Source: Balanoglossus misakiensis | Taxonomy: Eukaryota; Animalia; Hemichordata | Direction: 5' to 3' | NCBI GenBank assembly: GCA_040954595.2 | Contig: CM082583.2 | Location: 12,934,987 to 12,998,986 of the forward strand | Length of the DNA: 64,000 nucleotides | Shown: positions 35,507 to 49,327 of the stretch, one piece after another | Position numbering within the stretch: position 1 is the first letter of the stretch | How the letters are laid out: the number at the start of each line of letters is the position of its first letter | Notes under the pieces: generated by a model | What the model saw: the letters and a program-made list of their open reading frames with translations, nothing else | Told to the model about the DNA's origin: nothing | Databases searched by the model: none | Translations under genes and position numbers: made by a program

Positions 35507-38170
35507 CCTGCTCAGCAGCGTGTGAGGTACCCTCAAAAATTGAAGAAATGCTGCACATTACTCGGAGGCAGTGTTCACTGAGATCGGGCACAACACTGTG
35601 GGTTGAGTGCCATTGCTTTAAAGTTGGTCTGAGACTTCACATCACAACACAATCTTTGTGTTCGCCTTGCTTGTGGTCGGATCCGAGCGCGATCAAATGT
35701 TTATGGCACGAGAGAAAAGCGTGTTGCGAGCGTACGCTTGGCTAGTTATAATGTATATGATGACCTAGCATTCCGACGAATCAGATCGGGGGCTGGCTAT
35801 TAATGCGACGGGGGAATGGACAGGATCATACAACCAACACTCATCCGTGACCTCAATGACAGCTTGGGGGATCGCGTTTCTATTTGTGGAATCTCATTTA
35901 TTATTTTGCCATATGGTTGAAAGACCTGGGTGTCCCACAATTTGGGCCAGCGAACCATACCTAATAGAGAAACTTGCATTTTGTAACGCGTACCCACTAC
36001 GTTCAAATTTTGGGAACGGCCTAGCCGAAAGGGGCACCTGGGAAAACCGTTCTACGATAATTTATAATTAGCATCCAACGTACGGACTTTAGAACTGCCA
36101 GACACGTAACATGTATCAGCCAATGGCGTTTCGTCTTCACACAGTGAGCAGCTTCCGTCGAAATAACGTTACGCGTTATGCTGCCACCAACGACAACATT
36201 TGTTCTTTTGAGCCTAAACGTTTTTAAACACAACTAGATTTTCGGAGGGACAACAAAGTGCCACCATGAGTTCTTTAGAACGCTCAGATACGAAATTTTG
36301 CCATTTATGGACATATGTAAATATCAAATAAGATAGAAACACATCATGTACACATTTGACTAAATGCAACTTGTCTTTTTATTGTCACAGTGCTGTCTCA
36401 TGTAAGTTTTGCCAAGGGAGGAAAATAAAAAAGCGCACAGCCAAAAATCTGAGATCAAGTAGACAGTCCACTAGATAAATCAGGTAGATGGTGGCGATGC
36501 ACTTGAAATGAAGCTTTTAACTCAAAGTGGAGAGAAAGAAGTTGAAGATCAAGAGTGAATAAGAAGTATAGCTACCAAGTTTCAAGCATTTCTGATCAAG
36601 CTTTAACGAAAAGTGCCTGCAAGAGATATGTTCTAACTCTAACATCCTCCATACATGTCTAACACTGGATTCTGCAGACTTAAGTGCGGGCAAGTTTTCT
36701 GATATGCAAATAACCAAAATCAGCATGAATTTGTGTGTGATTACAGCAATAAATAGCCTTCAAAATTCATGACAGATCAAGATTTCTAATATTTGATTAT
36801 ATTCATAGTGGCAATATCTTCCTACTGGATATGCAAGCACATGATATTCTGTACATTAATGTATAATATAGAATAAAATGTGTTTTCTCAGCCATTGAAT
36901 TTGAATTCATCTATATTTAAAACATTCCTTCAAGCAGCACAAATGATTGTTGATCAGCTGGAGGGAGACAGACCCAGGAAGGAGACCAACAAATACTTTT
37001 TTTTTGGGGGGGGGGAGGGGGGAACTGCCAAAGCATGACATTCCACGATTGTACAAATTTCATCAGCATCTTTGATAACATCTTTTAGACACCAGAACAG
37101 AATATTGCTGGAGAGACACACAGAGTAAACCACAGTATGTTATTTTCAAAACATGTCGCACAGACTACGCAGACCTACAAATTTATGTACATGACTACAC
37201 ATCTGCTTTTTAAACCTGACAGACAGTGCATCCTGGGAAATCACGAGAAATGGTTCAGTACATTACGGGAGGCCAGGAATTACTTCAACGAGAACAATTT
37301 CATTCAAGATATGGATAGACTTCCATGCAGATTAGAATTTCAACTTTGACCTCAGCGATTATGCACAATTTCATGACAGTTTCTAATAAGAAGTCACAAG
37401 AAAAGTGTTTTCCCCACTAACGTATCTATACAATTCTACTTGTCTTTACATTTTATTTACAACCAATCTTGGAGTTGGATCACACCTCACAACTGCTAAC
37501 TAACCCCCCTTTTCAAGAAAGCAATCTGGTCAAGCCATTAGTACATCACTATGCACACCTTAAAGTCTTCACTGTACACGACAAGGCGGTGTACAACTGC
37601 AGCAATATGGATTAATAACTTTTACTTGGACTATCATCACTGACCTTAGTACAATTGACATCACACAAAGACATAAAACGCATGCACAAGACTTTGAATG
37701 TAGTACACTATACCATGAAGTCACGTTTTTACGAGAAATTAAAAAAAAGACTTCAGAAGCAAAGGTACTTTAATGTACATCTTAAACATCTACTATGTAA
37801 ATATGACAGAAATGATTTCGACCAGTTTTTCTCTCAATAATGCACAGTGTCTTTCCCTGTAATCTGACAAAGGATGGCATATCCCCACTGTTATAATGGG
37901 AAGACTGTACCATTTCCTCTTGCTGGGTATTCAAGGATTCGATATTTGTGCTATTGTGTGCTTTTTAAATATCAGCAAATCCATTCTCGATTTTGTTTGT
38001 ATACCAATAAATAGAAAGAAGCACATTATTCAGAGAAACTGGTGAAATGTTCATGCCAGTAAGACCTCTCCCCCCTTTATTTCTTAATGGGAATGGCCCG
38101 ACATTGTTTAGAACAATAAGGCCATACCATTGCACTGGGAGTTGAAGGGGCCTAAACATACAAGTCATAA

Positions 38171-40113
38171 TCAGGTAAAGAATATGATTTCTGGTATCTG
38201 TCCATCTTCCACCGACGTCCCATTGTTGTTGCCAGCAGCATATGTAAACTGGAACGACACTTTGCCATTGTTGGATTCTTGGATGACTTTCCTCATTCCT
38301 TTGGTTCCATAGTGAGAGTCTGGTCCCTGGAAAGAAAGAGTGAAGGAAGGTGAATTTTCCGTCCCGGAATTGCTGATCCCATCAAACTTCTCAGAGGAGG
38401 GTGTCATTTAATGAGTTCATTCTCTCTTACCTTGAGTGTGGCACAGGCTATGTAGTTGACATTTGGACTGATTTCCACTGGTTCTTTGAACATCACTCGA
38501 AAGGTTGAATCTGATCCATCACTGCTAAACCCTGTATCATTCTGTCCCAACACATTGCCTGTTTCTACATGAATGATCTGTGGGCGTAAACAAAAATACA
38601 TTGGGCAGAGAATTAAAAAATGTTCATCGCACAATTCCCAATCTTATGACTGTCGATCCAGCAAATCAACTCCAATTCAAACAAAATTCATCATCATCAT
38701 CATCATCATCATAATCATCATCAATACCTGGATATTGACTTGGTAGTCTGCAGGACCATGAATGGAACCAAACAAGCCAAAGCCTACCACAAATATCCGA
38801 CGACTGACACTAAATCTGAAAGAGATAAAGAGAAAAGACTCAGGTGAAATTAAAACAGCACAGAAAAAGGGGTACCTCGAAGTACATGTATTAATGTATA
38901 CAAAGAACAAACGAAGTATTCTACCACTCAGTGAGTGTGACACTTGCAACATTTGATCATCCACCATCATCTGTAGTGTAGGCAACTTTTCATTGGTGTC
39001 TGTTGCTTAGCAACTTAACGGCCCTCTCCAACATTTTCCTGTATTAATTGTGTAGCTGGATATTTTGGTTCTCATCATGGATGTGTAAGTGCAAAGGAAT
39101 ACACACCTGATTCTGTCACTGGTCCCACTATATCCCCACCGTGTTTCAATTTGTTGAAAACGTTGGATGTTTTGCTCCTTGCCAGTAAGACAGCATCTCG
39201 GATTGTCGGGAAATTCCACAGTTGGCTTCGGGTTCACAGTGAAATGCAGAAACAAGCTGACAACTTCTCTGTCTGTCAGAATTCCGGACTGCGCTGCCCC
39301 AGACGCAAACTCCTCGACGGACATCAGTGGGAAGCGAATCTGCGTCAGAGCTCTCCCCAACACCCTCCTCTTGTTTTCAGGTGTGGGGCTCATCTGCTGC
39401 CGGTGACATTCGGCCTCCGCCCACCGTATCACGGCGCTGAACAGTTTGCATTCCTTGATTCCAAGTGCGTCCCTTTCCAAGACAACACAGAGAGTGTCCA
39501 GGTCAATGTCTGTGAAGCCCTCAGCGCTCAGGGCTTCCGCTGTGTTTTTGTCGATGGTTTCCAGACACAGAGCAGCAAGCTGGGGTTCATCAAACAACCT
39601 GGCTTGGGTGAGGAGCATGAACGCATTGTCTGCGCTGAGATTCCTTTTGAGGAAATCGACACAAGCCGATTCCAACGCTGGTACTGCGTATTTCTTCGCA
39701 GTGTAGAGAGTGGTCATCACTGTCTCAGGTCCTATTTGTACCTCGTCCGAGTACAGAAAACGCAAAAGGGCTAAAAACGCTGCAGGCTCTACGTCTGGCA
39801 ATTCTACTTCGGCGGACTGGGTAGCCATTCCACCATTAAACATAGCATAAAACACTGCACTACCTACAGATAGAACGAATTTGTGCGCAGGTATTCGCTG
39901 CGTCTGCATCCCTTTCCCTACGATAAAATGCACGTCACTGAGAATTTCGTTGTTGAACATGAATGCAAACCGTTCTTTGACTGCCGTCTTTGTAGCCTGC
40001 CAGTTGTACGGAATTGACTGCGATGTTCCAGAGTTGGTTGGGGCAGCAATTTGCGGCGCCCGTGGTTGTTGAGCTGTGTTGATGGGATGGTTTCCTCCAA
40101 CAGCTCCAGCCAT
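38171..40113 (-). CDS. BTBD2: BTB-BACK-PHR protein, BTBD1/BTBD2 family (CUL3 adaptor)
   Basis: [47 protein letters not shown] (BTB), a BACK domain, and [57 protein letters not shown]. Exons 40113-39107, ~38815-38728, ~38578-38431 and ~38327-38171. Confidence 0.93.
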
Positions 40114-40741
40114 CTTGGGAAATTGTAGCCGCTGGTGGAGAGCTCACTCTTGGACGCTTTTCTCACCGATATACACCAGAATGTGCATCGAAGTGCACCT
40201 GGTTAGTATACCGGGATGTAGCAAATGCTATCGCTGCCCACTTACCACTCGGATCGTTGGGAAGGGCATCCAAATATAGCTATGAATAAACGACAACGCA
40301 TCTAATAACACAGACAACCGAGCCAAACCTACACAAACATCATAGCTTATTGTGGGCATGCGCCGTCAAAACGATGGGGGGAGAGACCGAGAAAATAATT
40401 AGTCTCCCGTGCGTTGACATCAACATCGTCTTGGCAGAATCTCCAATGACCGTTGTGTTTGAATGAAACTTACATTTCATATAAGAATCTCGGTTAATCA
40501 CAAAAATAAAGTTTAGTTAAAACCAATTGACATAATCGTGATGATATTCTCATCTGGCCTTGTTACGGAGAACCTGACGTTTTTATTTACATGGCCCTGT
40601 TGCCTGCGCTTGCGCAATATTTCCAGTGCAGGTCATCTTCCGGGTAACACAACTTGCACATTTGATGATCGTTGATGTTGTCCTGCTTTCGAGACAAATG
40701 TATCCATAAACCTGAAACGAAACTTAACAAAGAAAGGAAAG
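40114..40741. promoter_or_regulatory. Putative bidirectional promoter between BTBD1/2 and PARP6/8
   Basis: Head-to-head start codons ~630 bp apart. The region is CpG-richer than its flanks and has an ETS-like CTTCCGG at ~40637. Function is inferred from the arrangement only. Confidence 0.5.
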
Positions 40742-43700
40742 ATGTCCCATCGTCGCAAGAAGATGCAGGCGGATATTAAATGTGTTGAAGATGTGTGTAA
40801 CGGGGATCCGACGTGTCCATTTACCGGTGAGTAACATGCAATGTACATGTACACTCACTGTCCAACTGGTGTTGTTGGATTTTAACTTGAAAGTTAAATA
40901 CGGGTATGGGCATCACAGCTGTTCGCCGTATGTACTTCAGATCTTACAAGCTTTCTTTGGACATAAAAGTTTTTCCTGATCTGCCAATCAGATCGCCCGG
41001 AACCCGTAGAGACCGGTATCAAACAATAACATTGTGATAGACATGAAAACTGCCTGCCCAGTTTGTTATTGTTTACAAACATTTCCATGCTGTTGTCCTC
41101 TAGGTGAGTCACATGAGTAAAAGACACAATCCCACTTGGAGCAAGTGTTCAATTTGTCAGTAAACACGAATGTTAATATTCTTTGCTGTATGTTATTAAT
41201 ATTTGGATAAAACATCCCATGTTGAACATATGTGACTTAAGTCCCTTTGTATTACTAGTCAGTACTAGTCTGGAAACAATTAGTAAATTGTGTAATGGTA
41301 ATTGTGTTAGCAATGGAATCTGTAAAGCCAAGGTTAGATTATAATACAGGATCTATTGTGTGGCTAGTTTGACAAGGTCAGTGAGTCATATTGCTTGTAC
41401 TAGTGTCAACGTAGACACATCATGAAAGCTTAGGTTATGGACGAATTTCACCTGTCAAGCAGATTAATTAACATCAATTGGAAAAACAGTTTTGATGAAA
41501 CAAGGGTACCATGATTTTTCATGAATCAGACATCCCATGAATCAGACGTCTCAATGAATGGGAAATGAACAAAAAATGTACATGTGTTTTTATCATTTTT
41601 TTGTTTGCTTTTTCCTTTCTTTTTAGATTTTGAGCACGGTGAGAATACATTCAGTTTTACATATGGAAAGAGTGATGTGATATTTACATTCCACACGTCT
41701 GATGACTACCCAGGTATGTTACTCAGGTTTCTGCTTCTAATAGATCTGTACATATCCAGTCTCTGGTTTTGAGTAGAGTATCTGCATCTCTTTAAAGTTC
41801 AGATCATCTCTATGAAATAGAATACGTTTTGTAGGGATTCCATATTGTCTTTCATGAGAAATAATGACTTTAAAACAATCACTCAGTGCAGGTACATGTA
41901 ACATACACCTCTGCAGCTGAGGCAATAACCTTCACCAGATTGCAGTGTACCTGGTAGGCCTAACAGAAAACTTTACATGCCAATTAATCTGGATATATCA
42001 TAAATTTAACAGAAACACTTGATAAGGAAGAGAGTGCGGTAAATTGCCTAGCAACTGACATGTGTAATGACTATCAAATTTGTCATTAGTGATAACAGAA
42101 ATCTGATATGAAGTTTTTAAAGGTCTTGCTTGAGGGAAGACATTCTGGCTGATTGGTTCAGGTCTTACCATAGAGGGCAATGTACATTTATGTCTTGGAA
42201 GAGTGACTGTGTTCTTCAGAGAATTGACTTTTCTGTCTTCTGTTGCCATTTCAGATCATACTATGCTTTCTACCTCTAATAATCCCCACAACCCTGAAGT
42301 CAAGAACGAGAGAATACCTTTCATTTTTGCTGATATTGCTGCAGGTAAGGTTTGAACCTCTGACATGCCATAGATTTCAGCCTATCGAAAGTAAAAGTAG
42401 CACATTGATACTTTCACTGGTGCGGGAGATGCTTTATTGAGGAAGTGAAAGTATTCAATATGACCTGTGACCTAAAAGAGTGTTTGAACACCACATTATC
42501 TCACACCAATGGCACTCAGTGGAGCATATAGTCTTGTTTGTGGTTTCTGTTTCCAGAGTTGTGGAAAAAATTAGACTTGAAGGTACCAGCCACCATGATG
42601 AATGAGGAGAGTATGGACTCCAAGGAAGACATCAATAAACCTGATTATGTGACAATGGAATCTGTGGTAAGAAACAGTTTCAGTATCGTCTTAAAATTGT
42701 ACACTGTCATAAAAGCTAGAAATCAAGGTTTCTGTATGCACGGTTTTTGTTCACAGGAAAGTCATTACAGTGACTGTGTTGAAGATTTGGATGATATAGA
42801 CGATGAAGAAGATTTTGAAATCGAGGTGAGTCATCCTTTCTGCTGTACGCTAAAGTGTGAAATGAATCAACTTAAATTTACAATTTCTTGTTCTACTTCT
42901 GCCAATTTGTCAGTTGTTCTGCTTGTCAACATATAGTACTTGTAAATGTATGTAGAATATATAAACCTTTGAGAATCCATTCACAGGCATATGCTACAGA
43001 GGAAGATGAAGATGTTCACACAAATCCCGTCTTAGCTCAAGACTTAGATCAAGTCAGATTCAAGTTTGGAGAAGATGCTATCAATACAAGGTAATGGAAA
43101 TCAGTGTCTTAGATTTCAGTTTCAGATTCACTTTCGATCAAAGATGGTGGGGGGCCTCGTTTCTTTTTGCCCGGTGCCATTGTTACCTGTAAACACCCAT
43201 ACAGAACCTTACACTTGTCTGTTTTATTTTCAATCTACGTTTCAGGACGTTCGGTGCTATTGATGATATAGATGTGGAGTTGAATCTTGACGCATCGTTT
43301 CTTGATGTGAGTATGTCAGGAAACCATTTTTGCGTTTCTTGCTACGTTCAAAGTACATTGTATTGTCAAGTTTAACCCTTTCACCACCATGATTTGGTCC
43401 AAATCCATTGTGGCATGTACACAGCCTTATCTCCACAAATGTGTTCTGTTTGTCAGGATGAAATTGCGATTGCCTGGAAAGTCAACCGACGTGAGCCTAT
43501 TGTTGTCCGGTTACATTGTTCGTTGTCACGGTATCTAGATGCTACAGGTAGGTGGAGGTCCATTTTGTACTTGTACGTGTACACTACCAGTTGTATCATT
43601 TGTATGCTCTGAAAAAAATTTTAATGAATGTACTGAGTGTTATCCTCACTTGTGACGGAATCACTTTTTGCAGAACCTAAAGTAGAAGTATTCCAACCAT

Positions 43701-46700
43701 CGAATAAAGAGAAGTTTGGACTCGGTGCTCAACTCAGGAAGTAAGTCTGCAATTTGTACATACTGGTAACTCCGAAATCAAACTGTAGAACATTCCTGTA
43801 CATATTGTCTCTCCAAGTACTGAGTAGTAGAATTGGTGAATAAGATACCATTTGTCTATTCTCTCTGCTGTCCAGGATTTTAGAACAGTTTCTGTCCAGT
43901 CACTGGAAGGAACTTAGCAACGACATGGTACAAGCCAAACACAGCGCTTTGAATGGCCGGCTGAATTTCGAGACGACTCACAGCTCATCACCACCATGTA
44001 AAAAACTAAATACAGGACAGCCTGCATATACTCATAGGTAAGGGAAGAGGTGCTGATGTAAGTCTTCCAGATTTTATATCAAAGATTGAAAAAATAACCA
44101 GACTGCATAATAAGCTGATAATGGAATGTTGTGATGTGAGGTCACAGTTAATTAATCCAATGACTTCTAACCCCTCTGCTCACTCAATTGACAGTGTGTC
44201 CGTGGACGAGAGCATGATCAATAAAGTGACTGACATGGGTTTCAGTTCAGAGGTCGCACACAAAGCACTCATTGTTACAAGAAGCAATATAGACGAAGCT
44301 GTCAATCTCCTACTTAACCAACCAGAAAGGTAAAAAAACAAACTTAATATATGCATGTATTCCCCATCACATCCACCTCATTACAGTGCAAGATAGCGTT
44401 CATACTTGCATGATAAACTCTTGGATTCATAGAACGCCATTCTCAGTGTTGTGCTTAGCAGCATCTTGTTCATAAAGATTAAAATTGGATTGGATTTCTG
44501 TAAAAAAAGATTATTGAAAGAGTGCCTACTTGGATTGTTCAACAATACTTTGAAAACTGACCTTGTTTCATGTTATCTTTTCCTCAGTATTGTAGATGTT
44601 CCGATCCCTCCAGAAAACACAGTCAACAAGAAAAACAAAAGTAAAATTTTTTCCCGGCAGAGGTCAATGCCAACCAGTAGTACTAGTGCAATGTTTGTAG
44701 ATCCAAACTTTGGAGTTAACGACGAAATACACTTGCTGCCTTCATTGACACAGGTATTGTTGTATAGATTTTGGATAATTATTAGCACAGGTTGTTTAAT
44801 TATGTTTTTGTGGGATTGTGTTGAAATGCTGTTACATTTTTGTTGTAAAAGAGACTACATGAAGATGTTGGTATAACAACTCTGATTTCTTTTTCCCTTT
44901 CAGAATGGTAAAAATGCGAAAAATGTTCCAACATTAGATTACGGTTTCCTGGTTCAAGTGATGCTTTATGTCAGGAACAGAATTCCGACGCTGAACGAGT
45001 ATTGTGTTGTTTGTGATGAACCACATGTATTTCAAAATGGTGCTATGCTGAAGGTAAGCATGAGCTATTTGATGTAATACATTAGGTATATGTGAAAGGG
45101 TTCATCATAAACTGACATTTATCGTTTCATTTGTCTCCAGCCTGCTGTGTGTGCCAGGGAACTGTGTGTCTTTGCATTTCAAAACCTGGGCGTCATGCAA
45201 GATGCGGCTGATGACATCGCAACGGGAGCCGAAGTCGTCGATTTACTGGTTGCCATGGGAAACGCGGCTGTGCGCTCCATCCGGAAGGAGCTGATATTTG
45301 ATCCGTATCCGATGCTTGTGGATCCGCAGAACCCGAGGGAGTTTGCTTTCAATCCGAAGGTACGGAATCATTTAATGGAATTTATCTGATGAGCTCTTGA
45401 TTATCAAGGTTCATAAAATTGATACAGTCACCTGGTGTTACGCGTGTTACCTTATCTGTGATCTGCTATCTTGTTTGTTACACAGAAAAAGAGTTTTTCC
45501 AGAGTGACAAAAGCGTTTGACAGTTTCATCTCAGTGCGAGAAATGATGCAGATATCCAACTCTATGGAAATGAAGAAACGAATGGACAAAGAAGACCCTC
45601 TAGCACACCCATTATTTCAGTGGTGAGTACAAGTCTTGTGTTTTACAAAACAGTTTCCCTGGCAAACTATGTTACCTAATAATTTTTGCGACAATTTATT
45701 TAGTGCTCTGATGGTATCATCATATTTCTTTGTAGGATCATATCGAGTAACAGATCGCATATTGTCAAATTGCCAGAAAGCAGGGTAAGTGACTGCAGTA
45801 CATTTCTAGTGCCTTGCAATGACATTCAGTGTTAGACACTTCTTCACATGTAATGCCGATAGTGAGTTACTTGGCAGCCCAGCTCTGATTTTCAACAGAT
45901 GCTGGTCTGTGGTTCATGTGTTCCAAAGATTTGCTCACTCAATCTTCTGGGTTGCCATTTCTATTGCAGCAAATCAAATTCATGCACACGGCACATCAGT
46001 TTCTGTTGTGCAGCAGTCCCCCAGCCAAAGAAGCAGCATTCCGTGCTTTCAAAAAGGAACTGGGAAGTGTCTTTGCATTCCAGTAAGTATGCACTGTCTC
46101 TCGTCTTAGCCTTCTTTGAAATTCATGAAAGGAATTGTTCCTAAAATATTGTAACTCCTCACTTGGACCCAAGACACCCAGTACATCACACTGACTGTCT
46201 ATCTTTATCCTTTCCAGCGGATCACATATTGAAAACTGGCATTCAATCATGAGACATGGCCTCATCAACGCTTCAGGAACCAAACACCAGGTACGGGGAT
46301 TTAATCATCATCATGGAAACAGAAAAGCTGCAGTCTTTGTAACACATGTGCTCATTAGTGGATGTGGTTAATATTTTGCATCTACATGTATTTGATACAT
46401 GCTTCCGGTAAATATGAAGTATTTAATTGTAATTCATTCCAGATGCATGGCAGTGCATATGGCAAAGGCATCTATCTGAGTCCCAACGCGAGTGTCTCCT
46501 TCGGCTATTCAGGAATGGGACATGGTTATCACAGACCAGTGGGTGGCAAAAGCCAGTCGTCACATGTCCCTTCTAAGGTATGTCTTCATAGTCCGTGAGA
46601 GAAATGTTGACTTTTTGGAGTCGTCCATCATTCTAAGTGAGTCTGTTCAAGGTTTCTCAAAAGCATTTAGTTTTTAGATCATGTTCATGTAATATACCTT

Positions 46701-47291
46701 TAGTAGTGCATCATGTATATTGGTAAATATGTGAGATATGATGCAGCATCAAAAACAATAAAGAGAATAATGCTATTTTTCTTTTAATTTTCAGTCAAAG
46801 AGCAAATCATCAAGGTTTCTACAGAGTAAAAATTTGACATGTATAGCACTGTGTGAAGGTACGTCATGTTCAGAGACTCTTATTTTCATTTCTGAGTGGA
46901 AAACGAGAGAGCTTACTGTACTTGTTTTACTATAACATTTTTTTTGTCTTTTGTATTCAAACAGTCATCAATTCCAAAGAACTGCGTAAAAATGGCAATA
47001 TTTGGGTTTGTCCCAACCCTGAACATGTGTGTACCAGGTTCTTCTTTGTGTGAGTATATAATCTTTCCCTCACTGCCATTTAAGAAGACATTTTTTAATG
47101 ACATGAGTCATATCAGCAATTTGCCATTCAGCAGGTTCTTTTGACACCACTGCATCTAATTCATCTGCCGTGTTTTGTTTTTTGACAGATATGAGGATGG
47201 ACAAGTGGGAGATTCCTCAGTGGACACAACAGTCGAACGATACCAGAGGGAGATCCTTAAAGCCATTGGTAATCAAACCTTTGATAGTTGA
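40742..47291 (+). CDS. PARP8: PARP6/PARP8-family mono-ADP-ribosyltransferase, ~22 exons, with an internal UBA domain
   Basis: Starts MSHRRKKMQADIKCV. Contains EIAIAWKVNRREPIVVRLH, RIPTLNEYCVVCDEPHVF..LKPAVCARELCVFAFQNLGVM (Cys-rich region), AHPLFQWIISSNRSHIVKLP, and catalytic FAFHGSHIENWHSIMRHGL..HGSAYGKGIYLSP..CIALCEVI..GNIWVCPNPEHVCTRFFFVYEDGQVGD. The H-Y-I triad indicates a mono-ART. Stop at 47289-47291. It is probably co-orthologous to both PARP6 and PARP8. Confidence 0.93.
43372..43411 (+). mobile_element. Fragment of a short dispersed repeat (probable MITE end) in a PARP intron
   Basis: ttaaccctttcaccaccatgatttggtccaaatccattgt matches the reverse complement of 48291-48330 at 34/40 nt (counted by eye). 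Confidence 0.55.
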
Positions 47292-48251
47292 GACGTTCTC
47301 CATGTCATTGTGGTTTGAGTGTGTGCATTCTGTTATCTTCGGATATTCCAAAACGGACTTTGAACAGGAATTGTACCAGCAACATGGAACTTTTGTTGCC
47401 TAGCACTGAACATTGCCTCATGTCAGAGAGACATGTACGACCAACTCTGCGCCGAGTGTACATATACAACACCTGCGTGAGGATTTCACTGCAACCCAAC
47501 AGAGACATTTACTTCTTATACAAGCAACGCGCTGAGCACAGACTTTATGCTTGTCGCAGTTCAGGATTAAAGGACACAGTTGATTGAAAGGGTTAATCAT
47601 GTTGTAGATTTCATTCATTATCCATTGATGCATCATTTAAGCATCCATCCGCATTTGAATTGATCTTTTGAATAAAAGTGACTTCTTCAATAAAGAGGCT
47701 ACCAAATTTAAGGTCATAGGATTCCAAACACACACACACATTGCTAAATATAGTGTCACTGGCCAATAGTGTCAAAAGCCTGCATCTACTCCATTTGTTA
47801 TGGCTCTATAGTCATTTTCATTCAAAGAAAATCTACACAATTTTTTGAGCAACTCATTACTTTTCCATTTCTGTATGATTTGTAGATAAGAAGGAACTAT
47901 CCATGACACTACTGACTGTTATCTCAGAGGAGACACTGATAATTGTAAAAGAAGTAATGTTATTGAAACACGCTAGATTGATGCTTGGTGAACAAAATGT
48001 CGGTAAAAGATATAAATGCTTTACAAGTACATGTATCACACGTGGTACATACCCAATGTTAGATGTGTGTCATGTCAATATGTTTTGTCTAGATGTAGGG
48101 AGAAAATGTTCCAATATGGTCGTGGCTTCTCAGTGTAGGCATCAGTTGTAGATCATAAATACAATCTCTCATGCCACATACAGCCAGTATTTTTTTTTCA
48201 AATCCAATGCCAAGGTTGTTTTGTCATTTTCACATCAGATGTGAATAGCAT

Positions 48252-48330
48252 CCCATTTTCCTGTATAAAGGTCCAACACTGCTGTTGAAAACAATAGAGT
48301 TGGACCATACCATTGTGGTGGAAGGGTTAA
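48252..48330 (-). mobile_element. Second, longer copy of the same short dispersed repeat
   Basis: The reverse strand reads ttaacccttccaccacaatggtatggtccaactctattgttttcaacagc..., homologous to 43372-43411 with the same TTAACCCTT terminus. The left boundary is approximate. Confidence 0.55.
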
Positions 48331-49327
48331 AATCCCAGGTTAGAGGGACTCGGGTTAGAATCAGCTGTAGAGATGGATGTAGTCTTCACCTTTGCCGTCC
48401 TCCCTCTTTTACTGCTGCCCTCAATGCAGAACACAAACAGAAGAACATGAACAGCAACACCCAGCAAAGGGCAAAGGTTAAGACATGGCACCTATCTCTA
48501 CAGCCAACTGTACAATGAGGCCAATCTAACCATGCTGGTTGGATGATTTTTTCTTTAAAGACATTCGAAATTTTGGTGTGTACAAGTTTCAAGAGTGAGA
48601 AGACAAAATGTAGTGAAAGCTTTAATTGTAGACTCCTGCAGACTTTTCACAAGACTTTTAGTTGTATATTTTGTACAGCAAAGATGTTACAACTTTCCTT
48701 GTGCTTTTGTTGAAATTTTTTCATTAAAGAAATTTTTTCCATGACTTTACTTTTACTTGTGTCTATTGATTGGTGTGTGTGTGTGCATGTGATGACAATA
48801 TGACCCTATGACTCTATAAAATATGCAATATTTGAGTTAGAACAAAACAAACAGTTAGCGAGACATTTAGTGCAAATTTGTGGGATAATCAAAATACAGC
48901 TTAAACCCCCCCCCCCCCCCAATTAACCATTACATTTTCTATACCACTACATTTGTGCTTATAGACTAAGACTTATCTGCCTTTGAAAAAGTGACTCTCA
49001 CAAATTTGTAAAGTTCACTTTGAGGCACAGCTCAGGCATAACCTCTTGCTCAGTAGATATTCACCAAGAACCTTCAAAATGACTTTGCCTGCAGAGTAAG
49101 TTCCTTGTTAAAATTGTCCACATCAGATTCCTGGAAATAAAAAAGGTAAAAGGAGGAAGAATCACTTATTTGAAGACGCAGGAAGCCAAGTGTGATGTTT
49201 TAAATACTTGTGACTGAAGGGCATCTGCCAACCAGGCCTGTCCAGCACAGTCCTAACCATGTTCTCTCTGATGAACTGACTGCCTGCATAGACTGTCTAT
49301 GCTGTCTGTACTGTGCAGCTAAAATGG

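Noticed and set aside
39151-39774. 207-aa plus-strand ORF
   Set aside because: Antisense shadow of the conserved BTBD1/2 coding exon.
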